DNA from: Pyrinomonadaceae bacterium | Lineage (GTDB): Bacteria > Acidobacteriota > Blastocatellia > Pyrinomonadales > Pyrinomonadaceae | Direction: 5' to 3' | Length of the DNA stretch: 61,472 bases | Assembly: GCA_046313635.1 (NCBI GenBank) | Contig: JBKBYA010000005.1 | Location: forward strand, 1-61,472 | In this document: in pieces, positions 9,791-18,304 of the stretch | How the letters are laid out: each line of letters opens with the position of its first letter | How positions within the stretch are numbered: position 1 is the first letter of the stretch | The notes under the pieces: generated by a model | What the model was told of the DNA's origin: nothing | The model's input: only the letters and a program-made list of their open reading frames with translations | Database searches by the model: none | Position numbers and translations under genes: made by a program

Positions 9791-12127
9791 TCACGGAGCG
9801 TATCTTACGACCGACACCGCGGCGGCCTCGACCGCTTTTTCGCCGAAGGGAAAGTTCGTCGGAGCCCCCGTTCGCCACGCGTCAAACTGATCTTTGTAAT
9901 GCGCCGAGCGCGGGTCGCCGCTCTGACCGAGCGGGATCACGTGCCGCGTCGCGTCCCAGTTGCCGGGCGATGCGATCAGACGCATCGACACGTACGAAGC
10001 CACATTCGGCGTCTGCGCGCTGCCGTCAAGCGGCACCGCCGGTGACGCAAACTGCCCGCCGATCAGCGGGGCGACCGCGAGCGGATGCGGAAACCTCGAC
10101 CGGCTCACCAGACCCCAAGTCCATTTGGACTCGTCCGGGCCGAACCGCTTTGGGTCGGCGAGAGCAGTACGAGATTCGGAGTCGCACGCTCTCATCAGAT
10201 CTGCGTACGAAGCGAATTGTGACGGCAGCCAGCGGGCCGACTGCTCGCGAACGATCCGATCGAGCAAACGCTCGCGAATGACATTCGCCGGTGCGGGCCT
10301 ATTCTCCGCCGCGATCTTTTCGGCGAGGCAGCCGCGGATCTCGTTGACTATCAGAGCGGCCCGCGAGCCGGCGGTCATCCGGCCGTCCCAGCTTCTGAGG
10401 TCGGCCAGCGTCTTGTCGGACGCGGCGCCGAGCCTGACGATCTCTTTAGCAAGATTCGCCAGCGGGATGTTATAGACGTCGAGCTGCACGTCGCGAACGT
10501 CGTCCATCGTCAGCTTGTTTCGTCCGTTAAGGAGATCGAAGATACGACGAGCACGCCACGGCGGTGCGGCGTCGCGATTCATCTGCGTGTATCTGTACGA
10601 CGTGCCGACGATGCGCTGATTGGCGGTGACGATCAGGCCGCTCGGCGGGTCGTAGAGATTGGGCAGCTCGTCGAACGGGATATGGCCGATCCAATCGCCG
10701 GCATCGGTCGAGCCGTCATACGGCAGCGCTCCGTCACCCGTGCGGCGGATCGGAATGCGGCCGGCGGCGTACCAGCCGATGTGACCCTTGATGTCGGCGT
10801 AAACGAAATTCTGCGTCGCCCCGCCATACGTTCGAAGCGCCGATCTAAAGTCATCCCAATTCGCGGCGCGGTTGAGTCTGAAAAATGCCTCGAGGTCGAC
10901 GTTCCTTGGGTCGAGGGCCGTCCATCTGAGCGCGTAGCGCTTTGAGTTCTGTTCGAGAATGACAGGCCCGTTTCGCGTCTCGACGACTTGAAACTCCTCG
11001 GCGGTAGTATCCGGTTTGAGAGCGCTCGCTCTTATCTTGATCGTCTCGGTCCGCCGGACCGGCTCGCTCCAGCCCGATCCGGTCTTGTATCTTCCCTGCT
11101 CGTCAAAAGTCTCCTCGTACAGGTCCTGCACGTCCGGCCCGACATTCGTCGCTCCCCACGCGATCGAATCGTTGTGTCCGAGCACGACGCCCGGAGCTCC
11201 GGGCAGCGTCACGCCGGCGACATGCAGCCCCGGCGCCCGCAGCTCGACCATATACCAGATGCCCGGCGCCGCCGGCTGAAGGTGCGGGTCGTTGGCGAGC
11301 ATGGCCCTGCCGTCGGCGGTGCGCTTGCCTGAGATGACCCAATTGTTGCTCGCGGCGAGTTCTTCGGCGTAGAGCCCGACGAGCTCGAGCGAGCGTTGTC
11401 GGACCGCCATTTCACGGTCTGCCGCATCGATGAGGCCGTTTGCGAGAGCGACCGGGCTCCGGCCCGGGCTCTTGCCCCGGTCGGTCGTGTCCTTGCCAAA
11501 GAGCACGACGTCGTACGGCGTGACGGCCGATGTTAGTTCGGCAGCCTTCTCGGCCGGCAGGCCCTGCAGCGACGCGCGCGTCAGATCGTTTCGCCATGTC
11601 GTGCTGAGCGCGTCCGCGAGTATCTTGCCGATAACGATCGTATCGGTCGCCGCCCAAGGGCGCGGCTTGTATTGGAGGATCTTGAATTCGACCGGCAGCG
11701 TCTCGTCCGTCAGCGATGCGATGTACGCGTTGACGCCGCGGGCGTAGCTGTCCAGCGCTTCGCGAAGCTCGGGCGACAGATGCTGGAGCGACGCTTCGGC
11801 GACCTTTGCGAAGTTGAATCTCCGCCAGCGCTTGTCCTCCTCGAGCGTCGCGCGGCCAAACAGCTCCGCGGTCTCACCGCGGGCCAAACGCCGCAAGAGG
11901 TCCATCTGCCACAGACGGTCGCTCGCCGTCACGTAGCCCTGCATAAAGTAAACGTCGCGATCATTCGCCGCCGTGATGTAGGGAATGCCGCGCTGATCTC
12001 GACGGACGGCAGCGGGCGCCGCGAGGCCGGGCAGTTTGACTGCGTCGCCGGTCGGCTGCGAGCGAGCCGACATCGACAAGGCTGATACGACGCTCAAAAG
12101 AGCGATGCTCAATATCGATCTACGCAT
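9791..12127 (-). CDS. Penicillin acylase family (Ntn hydrolase, S45)
   Basis: Signal peptide; RDQRGIPYI, DRLWQMD, SNNWVISG, ANDPHL and GQSGDPRSAHYKDQ. Confidence 0.92.
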   Translation of the reverse strand: MRRSILSIALLSVVSALSMSARSQPTGDAVKLPGLAAPAAVRRDQRGIPYITAANDRDVYFMQGYVTASDRLWQMDLLRRLARGETAELFGRATLEEDKRWRRFNFAKVAEASLQHLSPELREALDSYARGVNAYIASLTDETLPVEFKILQYKPRPWAATDTIVIGKILADALSTTWRNDLTRASLQGLPAEKAAELTSAVTPYDVVLFGKDTTDRGKSPGRSPVALANGLIDAADREMAVRQRSLELVGLYAEELAASNNWVISGKRTADGRAMLANDPHLQPAAPGIWYMVELRAPGLHVAGVTLPGAPGVVLGHNDSIAWGATNVGPDVQDLYEETFDEQGRYKTGSGWSEPVRRTETIKIRASALKPDTTAEEFQVVETRNGPVILEQNSKRYALRWTALDPRNVDLEAFFRLNRAANWDDFRSALRTYGGATQNFVYADIKGHIGWYAAGRIPIRRTGDGALPYDGSTDAGDWIGHIPFDELPNLYDPPSGLIVTANQRIVGTSYRYTQMNRDAAPPWRARRIFDLLNGRNKLTMDDVRDVQLDVYNIPLANLAKEIVRLGAASDKTLADLRSWDGRMTAGSRAALIVNEIRGCLAEKIAAENRPAPANVIRERLLDRIVREQSARWLPSQFASYADLMRACDSESRTALADPKRFGPDESKWTWGLVSRSRFPHPLAVAPLIGGQFASPAVPLDGSAQTPNVASYVSMRLIASPGNWDATRHVIPLGQSGDPRSAHYKDQFDAWRTGAPTNFPFGEKAVEAAAVSVVRYAP

Positions 12128-12172
12128 ATTTGTTTTCTGGTTTTGTGCAGAGCCTGAAGGGTCTGCGTTCGA

Positions 12173-13591
12173 CTACAGGTCAGAGACTATCAGCCGACGC
12201 TCGCACATTTCTTCCATCGCGTACCGCAGACCTTCACGGCCGAAGCCCGAGCCCTTGACGCCGCCGTACGGCATATTGTCGACGCGAAACGTCGGAATGT
12301 CGTTGATTATCACGCCGCCGAACTCGAGCTCGCGTGCCGCGAGGTTAGCATTGGCGATGTCGCTTGTAAAAACGCCGGCCTGCAGACCGTATCGCGAATT
12401 GTTGGCCTCGCGGAGCGCGTCGGCAAATGTTTCGAACGGCTCGACGACCGCCACCGGCGCAAAGACCTCTTCGCTGACGACGCGCATCTCGCTGTGCGTC
12501 CCGGTCAAAACGGTCGGCTCGAGGAATGAGCCGCTCCGTTCGCCGCCGCACATCACGCGGGCACCGTTGTCGGCCGCTTCCTTGATCCAAGATCCGGCAC
12601 GTTGGGCGGCGGCCTCGTCGATCATCGACGAGATCTGCGTGGACTCGTCGAGCGGATCGCCGGATCTCAGCCTGCGAGCGCCGTCGACAAATCGCTCGGT
12701 CCAGTCGTCAAAGAGCGATCCGTCAACATAGATCCGCTGCACCGAGATGCAGACCTGGCCGGAGTACGCAAAGGCGCCGGTCACGCATTTTGAGACCGAT
12801 GCCTCGACATCCGCGCTCCGGTCGACGATCACCGGAGCGTTGCCGCCGAGCTCGAGCGCGACGGCCTTGGCCGACGCGGCCTTTTTAAGTTTCCACCCGA
12901 CCTCGGCGCTGCCCGTGAACGAGATCATCGCGACGCGTTCGTCATCGATCACGCGCTCGATCAGCTCGACCGGCATCGGCACGACCTGCAGCGCCGCGGG
13001 CGGCAGACCAGACTCGAGAAATACCTCGCCCAGCAGAAGCGCCGTAAGCGGCGTGCGCGGGCTCGGCTTGATGACGATCGCGTTGCCCGAGGCAAGCGCC
13101 GGGGCGACCTTGTGTGCGACGAGATTGAGCGGAAAGTTGAATGGCGTGATGCCGTAGATGACCCCTCGCGGCACCCATTCGGTGCGGCCCGTGCGCCCGC
13201 GGCCGCCGGGCTGGGTGTCGATGGCGACGACCTCGCCGACAAAGCGTTCGGCCTCGCCGGCGGCATATTCGAATGTCGCGATCGCGCGTTCGGTCTCGCC
13301 GCGGGCGAGCTTGATCGGCTTGGCCGACTCGAGCGCGATCGTGCGGGCAAATACTTCCTTGCGGCTCTCGACGCCGTCGGCGATGCGTCGCAGACCGCGG
13401 GCGATCTGAAACCGCGCGAGGCCGCGCATCGCACGAGCCGCCTTATGGGCGGCGGCAAGCGCCGCCTCGAGCTCGTCCGCACCCGCCGATGCGACCGTCG
13501 CGAGCCGCTCACCCGAGTACGGCGAACGCACATCGATGTCGCCCGCGCCGTCGCGCCAATCTCCGTCGATGAGTATGCGCTTGACCGTCAT
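12173..13591 (-). CDS. Aldehyde dehydrogenase family protein
   Basis: ITPFNFP, SFTGS, LELGGN, GQVCIS, EEVFAP and PYGGVKGSG. Confidence 0.93.
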   Translation of the reverse strand: MTVKRILIDGDWRDGAGDIDVRSPYSGERLATVASAGADELEAALAAAHKAARAMRGLARFQIARGLRRIADGVESRKEVFARTIALESAKPIKLARGETERAIATFEYAAGEAERFVGEVVAIDTQPGGRGRTGRTEWVPRGVIYGITPFNFPLNLVAHKVAPALASGNAIVIKPSPRTPLTALLLGEVFLESGLPPAALQVVPMPVELIERVIDDERVAMISFTGSAEVGWKLKKAASAKAVALELGGNAPVIVDRSADVEASVSKCVTGAFAYSGQVCISVQRIYVDGSLFDDWTERFVDGARRLRSGDPLDESTQISSMIDEAAAQRAGSWIKEAADNGARVMCGGERSGSFLEPTVLTGTHSEMRVVSEEVFAPVAVVEPFETFADALREANNSRYGLQAGVFTSDIANANLAARELEFGGVIINDIPTFRVDNMPYGGVKGSGFGREGLRYAMEEMCERRLIVSDL

Positions 13592-13665
13592 AACCTATCG
13601 CCTATCATTATGAGCATACGTCAAGGTCACCCCACTAACGAAGACGGTCAAAGGACATCGACTCT

Positions 13666-14115
13666 ATGAAACTAATAACGGTCATTGCATTTGTCACTCT
13701 GTGCTCGCTTCTCTGGGCGTGCGGAAACGCGGCCACGACGCCGAATACGGCCAATTCTGCTCAGGCCAACGCCAACACGGCCGCCTCGACGCCGGCCCCG
13801 GCCGCCTCGCCGGCCGACGAGCTTGCGGCGGGCCGCAAGCTTTACAAGATAAACTGCGCCAATTGCCATCGCGACGACGGCACCGGCGGCAGGGTCACGA
13901 TCGAGGGCAAGACGCTCAATCCCGACAACCTCACCGACGAAAAGCGCAAAAAGCTGACCGACGAAAAGATCCTCGCCGTCATTCACGAGGGCATCGAGGA
14001 CGAAGGCATGCCGGCCTACAAGGACCGCCTCACCGAGGCCGAGATCCGCGAGATCCTTCGCTACGTCCGCACGGAGCTGCAAAAGCAGCCGGCGGCGAAT
14101 GCAAACTCCAGGTGA
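13666..14115 (+). CDS. Monoheme cytochrome c lipoprotein
   Basis: Lipobox LWAC, CANCH heme motif, distal Met in GMPAY. Confidence 0.88.
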   Translation: MKLITVIAFVTLCSLLWACGNAATTPNTANSAQANANTAASTPAPAASPADELAAGRKLYKINCANCHRDDGTGGRVTIEGKTLNPDNLTDEKRKKLTDEKILAVIHEGIEDEGMPAYKDRLTEAEIREILRYVRTELQKQPAANANSR

Positions 14116-14166
14116 CCGACGCCTGTTTGCAATCGACTAACCTGAAACTTAAAATCAAACCGACGC

Positions 14167-14243
14167 GCACCCTTAGCTCAGTTGAATAGAGCGTCTGACT
14201 TCGGATCAGAAGGTCGCAGGTTTGAGTCCTGCAGGGTGTACCA
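14167..14243 (+). tRNA. tRNA-Arg (anticodon TCG)
   Basis: GCACCCT/AGGGTGT acceptor stem, TCTGA-CTTCGGA-TCAGA anticodon arm, GCAGG-TTTGAGT-CCTGC T arm, encoded CCA. Confidence 0.95.
14192..14243 (+). repeat. att core, left copy (52 bp, 3' part of tRNA-Arg)
   Basis: Identical to 24562-24613: CGTCTGACTTCGGATCAGAAGGTCGCAGGTTTGAGTCCTGCAGGGTGTACCA. Confidence 0.97.
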
Positions 14244-14259
14244 ATATTTACAACGGAAT

Positions 14260-14281
14260 AAGGCGGCCCCGCGGCCGCCTT
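14260..14281. terminator. Element-supplied hairpin downstream of the tRNA
   Basis: AAGGCGGCC-CCGC-GGCCGCCTT, between the tRNA and the convergent last element gene. Confidence 0.6.
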
Positions 14282-14289
14282 TAGCATTG

Positions 14290-14308
14290 AGACACCTGAT
14301 TAGACACC
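14290..14308. promoter_or_regulatory. Putative integrase arm-type sites (left arm)
   Basis: AGACACCT-GATTA-GACACC; the same GACACC pair with 12-bp period occurs at 24415-24433. Confidence 0.65.
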
Positions 14309-14319
14309 GGCGAGGTTCG

Positions 14320-14697
14320 TTAGTCGACGATCTCCGGCCATTCGATATCCTGCAGGTCGACGCCGGACACCGCGGCCGGCTCATCGTCGAAGATGAAAGT
14401 TGTTTCCGGGTCGACCGGATCCATTTCGATCTTGCCGAGTACGTAAGCCCGCGCCGCGAATGTGTGAAAGTTGCGATGCGGCATACTGATGACGGCGCGA
14501 TGCCCATGCCATCCCTCGACGGTGGGCCACTTCTCGAATGCACACTGCTTGACCATTTCGGCCGCGTCGGCAATGGACAGCGCCGGCACGAGTGCGGCGA
14601 GCTGCTCGACGTAAATGCCGCCGTCGGCGGCTGCGGAATGCTCGGCTGAGAAGGCCATCATGGCCACACTGTAGAGGCGAATTGTTTCTTCCGACAT
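14320..14697 (-). CDS. Hypothetical acidic protein (125 aa), last gene of the element
   Basis: ATG 4 nt after the TMP stop (MSEETIRLY...); no recognised family. Confidence 0.65.
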   Translation of the reverse strand: MSEETIRLYSVAMMAFSAEHSAAADGGIYVEQLAALVPALSIADAAEMVKQCAFEKWPTVEGWHGHRAVISMPHRNFHTFAARAYVLGKIEMDPVDPETTFIFDDEPAAVSGVDLQDIEWPEIVD

Positions 14698-14701
14698 AGC
14701 C

Positions 14702-17587
14702 CTATCTAAACCCCATCTTTCGACCGAGGCGGCTGCCGATCGATGCGTCTCGGGCAATGTCGCGTTCGACCTGCTGGCCGACCGCTCCGGGGCGCTGTCG
14801 CATTCCCGCGACAAGAACTTCGCCCGGCCGCATGTTCTCCAGCTTGTCGAGTCGATCGTTGAGTCGCTCTAGGGCCCGGACGGTCATCGCCGGCACCGGA
14901 TCGCGTCGAGAGATATAGGCGTCCTGCGTAACTCGCGAATAAGGTCGCTCGGGTTCGCGATCGCGTGAGCTCGAGCCGGATTGACTGCCGCTGTTTCCGC
15001 GGCCGCCTGACCCGCTACCCGGCGCAAAGCGTGCTCCGACCGCCAACCCAATACCTGCACCGCCGGCGATCGCCGCGGTCGTTATGTACATCTTTGCCGC
15101 GGCGGTATGCGCTCCCGCAGCCGCTCCGTGCAGCGCCGCTCCAGCAGCGTCGCCAACAGCCGCCGAAGCGAGAGCCAGCGCTGTTTCCTTCGCGGCTTCG
15201 GCATACTCGAACACCGCCTTGAACGCCGCCTGGGTTGCGACGGACATAGCGATGCTCGCCAGCATCGACAGAGCGGCCTTGGCCGAGAAGTCCCCGGTCA
15301 CGATCCAAGCGACGGCAAGCTGAGCGAGGCTATCGACCATCTGGCCGATCGCCCGACCTGCGAAGTCGGAGATATCGGCGTAGATGTCCTTGATGTACTG
15401 ACCTTGCTCTTTCATCACGCCGATCTTTTCCGGATCGAAGACAGACACGAGGTCAACACCCATTCCTGCCGCGATTCCTCCGCCCAGAGTTCCCTTGGCG
15501 GTCACCATGCCGCCTTCCATCTTCATCTGCCGGGCCCGGGCACGCTCTTGAGCCTGGCGCTCGAATTCGGCGTCTTCGAGCTCCTGGATCCTGATGAGAT
15601 TTTTGATATGTTCCGACCAGTTCTTTTTGCGTTGGTCGTGAAGGGCCTTCTCCGATCGCTTTTGCTCGGCGTCGGTTCGTATCTTTTCGCGTTGGATCTC
15701 GATCGTCTTCAACTCGATCTGTTGCCAGGTCGCTTCTTTGTCGGCCCTCTTCGTCTGCTGATCGTAGAGCTCCTCGAGGGCGCGTTTCTCATTCTCGAGC
15801 AGCTGGATCTTCAGGTCCGCGATCTCCTTGGCCTTTGCAAGGGCTCCGTCCTGGTCCCCGGCAGCTTCCAGATAATCCTGCTCGATCTGCGCCTGGTCGA
15901 TCTGGTATTGGATCGTCTCGCTAAAGATCTGTCGTTTTCGGTCCTGGTTCGTCTTAAAGATGTCGAGCTCCTTCTGCTGATCGTCCTCGAACTGCCGTAA
16001 ATAGCGATCGTATTCCGCGCCCCAGTCGTCTTTCGGGATATTCCCTTCCTTCCCGCCAAAGAACTTCGCCAATGCCGCGGGCCGATGCTCCTTGAGCATG
16101 CGCATGACGCCGGAAAGCGCCGACGTGCCGAAAGCGTCTTTTGCCGTGATCGACGCTTCCGGGCTGCCGCCGATCACCGTTCGGTAAAGAGTCAGCAGAT
16201 CAGCTCCCGCGGTCGACCTTCCGGCCTTGGCAAACCGGTCTTGGAAAAATTTGACGACCGGACCCGTGATCTGCTCCTCGAACGACTGCCCGGGCTTTAC
16301 GCCGTAAGCCGCTCGCTCGGACGGGCCGAACTGGATCAGGCCCTGGTACTTGTTCCCGGCGCCGCCGCGGATGCTCGGGCTGAAGGTGCCTGCCGTTTCG
16401 AAAGAGATAAGTGTCGCGAGATCCAGCGGCGAGATTCCGAGCTGCCTTGCGGAGTCAACGAGGGCCTTGCCGGCCGGGCTGAGTTTGAAGACGTCCTTCA
16501 CCGACTTGCCCGGAGCGGAGCCGCTGCCTGTGTTTTCGTTGCCTGGATCTCCCGGTTTCTTGCGGTACCGCATCAGGGCTGTGTCCTCGGGACGAAGCTC
16601 GCGTCCGGGCGCGTAGCCCTGCGGCAGCATTGATGTGCCAGTGTAGTCACCGCTAAGAGCGCCGTAGACTCCCTGCTTAATGACGCCCCAAAATGTCGGA
16701 TGGTCAGCAAGCCATCGATTGACCTGCTCCATTTCGCTGACGGTACGCTGCATAGCCCCGGCGAATGTCTCGCCCCAGCTGCGGATCTCGCCCTTATTGG
16801 TCGCGAGCCAATTGCTCATGTCCTTTGCCATGTCGGTAAAAACCGGCATCAGCTCGTACCCGATGGCTCGCCCCGCCGCTCCGATCTGCATCCGGAGCTC
16901 GTCCATCTGATCGCCGAAGTCATCCGCGGCCTGGGCGTCTTTGTCCGAGAGCGTGACTCCGAGCTCTTTGGCTTTCGCGATAAGACCGGGCAGGTCGCCG
17001 TCGAATTGCTTAATGAAGGGCAGCAGGTCCGCTCCCGACTTTCCAAATGCCTTTTGCGCGAGCGTGATCTGCTCGACGCCCGGCTTGGCGTCGACGATCC
17101 GCTTGAACACCTTGCCTAGAGCACCGTCGAGGTCGTCGATCGCTTCCTTTGGGGCGATGCCGAATTCTTTAAGGTGAGCAGCCGCTTCCTTCGAACCGTC
17201 GGCCGCGGCGCCGACGGTCTTGGAGAACTTCGCGACCGCGCCGCTGATCCGTTCGAGCGAGCTGCCGCTCTGCTTGGCCGCGAGGTCCATCGCCGAAAGG
17301 GTCTCGGCATGAAGGCCCGTCTTGTCCGACGCGTCCTTGATCGCCGAGCCGAATTCCGACGCCTGCTTGGCCAAGCCGAACAAAGCGGCCCCAGCGGTCG
17401 CGGCGATGCCGGCAACGGCCGAGATCGCGGCGCCGGCTGCAGCTGCTGGTCCAGCAATCGCGGAGAATGTGCCGGCCCCGGCGGTGCCGATCTTGCCGAG
17501 AATGCCGTCTAGCTTCCGGAGCTCGGACGTCGCCTGCCGGCTGTCCGCGTCGATCTTGAATGTCAGCTTGTAATCGGTGTTCGGCAT
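14702..17587 (-). CDS. Phage tail tape measure protein with an internal lysozyme-like/SLT domain
   Basis: N-terminal YKLTFKIDADS; Ala/Gly-rich helical body (AQKAFGKSGADLLP, AKELGVTLSDKDAQAADDFGD); coiled-coil and hydrophobic segments; directly follows a frameshifting TAC. Confidence 0.88.
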   Translation of the reverse strand: MPNTDYKLTFKIDADSRQATSELRKLDGILGKIGTAGAGTFSAIAGPAAAAGAAISAVAGIAATAGAALFGLAKQASEFGSAIKDASDKTGLHAETLSAMDLAAKQSGSSLERISGAVAKFSKTVGAAADGSKEAAAHLKEFGIAPKEAIDDLDGALGKVFKRIVDAKPGVEQITLAQKAFGKSGADLLPFIKQFDGDLPGLIAKAKELGVTLSDKDAQAADDFGDQMDELRMQIGAAGRAIGYELMPVFTDMAKDMSNWLATNKGEIRSWGETFAGAMQRTVSEMEQVNRWLADHPTFWGVIKQGVYGALSGDYTGTSMLPQGYAPGRELRPEDTALMRYRKKPGDPGNENTGSGSAPGKSVKDVFKLSPAGKALVDSARQLGISPLDLATLISFETAGTFSPSIRGGAGNKYQGLIQFGPSERAAYGVKPGQSFEEQITGPVVKFFQDRFAKAGRSTAGADLLTLYRTVIGGSPEASITAKDAFGTSALSGVMRMLKEHRPAALAKFFGGKEGNIPKDDWGAEYDRYLRQFEDDQQKELDIFKTNQDRKRQIFSETIQYQIDQAQIEQDYLEAAGDQDGALAKAKEIADLKIQLLENEKRALEELYDQQTKRADKEATWQQIELKTIEIQREKIRTDAEQKRSEKALHDQRKKNWSEHIKNLIRIQELEDAEFERQAQERARARQMKMEGGMVTAKGTLGGGIAAGMGVDLVSVFDPEKIGVMKEQGQYIKDIYADISDFAGRAIGQMVDSLAQLAVAWIVTGDFSAKAALSMLASIAMSVATQAAFKAVFEYAEAAKETALALASAAVGDAAGAALHGAAAGAHTAAAKMYITTAAIAGGAGIGLAVGARFAPGSGSGGRGNSGSQSGSSSRDREPERPYSRVTQDAYISRRDPVPAMTVRALERLNDRLDKLENMRPGEVLVAGMRQRPGAVGQQVERDIARDASIGSRLGRKMGFR

Positions 17588-17593
17588 TCTGAC

Positions 17594-17830
17594 TTAGCGG
17601 CGCCCCGTTTTACCGAGCGCTTTCTCATCGAGCCTTCGCTGGCCCTTGTTGATCCCGAAAACGTAAATCACCGCGCGGTTGAACCAGTACTGGTCCCAGC
17701 TCTCTACCTCTTCCGGTGAGCGGCCGAAATGCTCGGCGAGGAGCAGGATCTCGTAGCCTTCGGGTGGCTGTGCCTTGTCGACCTTTCGCCCGTCGTGCTC
17801 GACCCACGCGGCGACCTGGTCGACAGTTAC
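17594..17830 (-). CDS. -1 frameshift extension of the tail assembly chaperone (gpT-like, 78 aa)
   Basis: Open -1 frame after G GGA AAG: VTVDQVAAWVEHDG...LLAEHFGRSPEEVESWDQYWFNRAV...GKTGRR*; stop 6 nt before the TMP ATG. Confidence 0.85.
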   Translation of the reverse strand, partial: VTVDQVAAWVEHDGRKVDKAQPPEGYEILLLAEHFGRSPEEVESWDQYWFNRAVIYVFGINKGQRRLDEKALGKTGRR

Positions 17831-18174
17831 TTTCCCTCGAGGTCCTCGTTGATCGCTCGCTGGATCGCTGTCAGATTGCGGATCGAGATCTCCTCGAGCG
17901 CCGCCACGGTGATCTTGATCGGCTTGCCTTTGTCGTCGGAAAGATCCGGCAGTGATTCGAGCCGGCGGGCAAGGACGTCGGAGAGCATCATCGGATTGTC
18001 CGGCTGCTCTTCCTGGCGCGTCTGGACCTCGCGGCGGTGATCGTGCAGGTCCTTGATCGTCGGGCTGTAGTACCGGACGCGAATGTCAACGGACTTGGTC
18101 TCGCCGTTATCGCTGTACTCAAACGGAGCCGTCGTCTCGCGGACGACTCGCTGTGAAGCTTTGATCTTTAGCAT
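17827..18174 (-). CDS. Tail assembly chaperone (gpG-like)
   Basis: 115 aa upstream of the TMP, ending ...GAG GGA AAG TAA, which contains the lambda G/GT slippery heptamer. Confidence 0.82.
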   Translation of the reverse strand: MLKIKASQRVVRETTAPFEYSDNGETKSVDIRVRYYSPTIKDLHDHRREVQTRQEEQPDNPMMLSDVLARRLESLPDLSDDKGKPIKITVAALEEISIRNLTAIQRAINEDLEGK

Positions 18175-18304
18175 TGCTAGGGTGTCCTTCCAGGGTGTTG
18201 ATAAAGTTGAACGGGCCGCTCACCCTTACGCGGCCCGTGCCGGCGACGGACGTCCCCAGGAAGCCACGATGAAGAGGCTATTAGGACGTCCGCCGGCGTG
18301 ACGA

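Noticed and set aside
14182..14649. Plus-strand ORFs overlapping the att repeats (also 24462-24662)
   Set aside because: They are translations of tRNA sequence (SDFGSEGRRFESCRVYQ).
17625..17807. 60-aa ORF in the track between TAC and TMP
   Set aside because: Arg-rich and non-protein-like; the plausible coding frame is the -1 frameshift frame 17594-17830.
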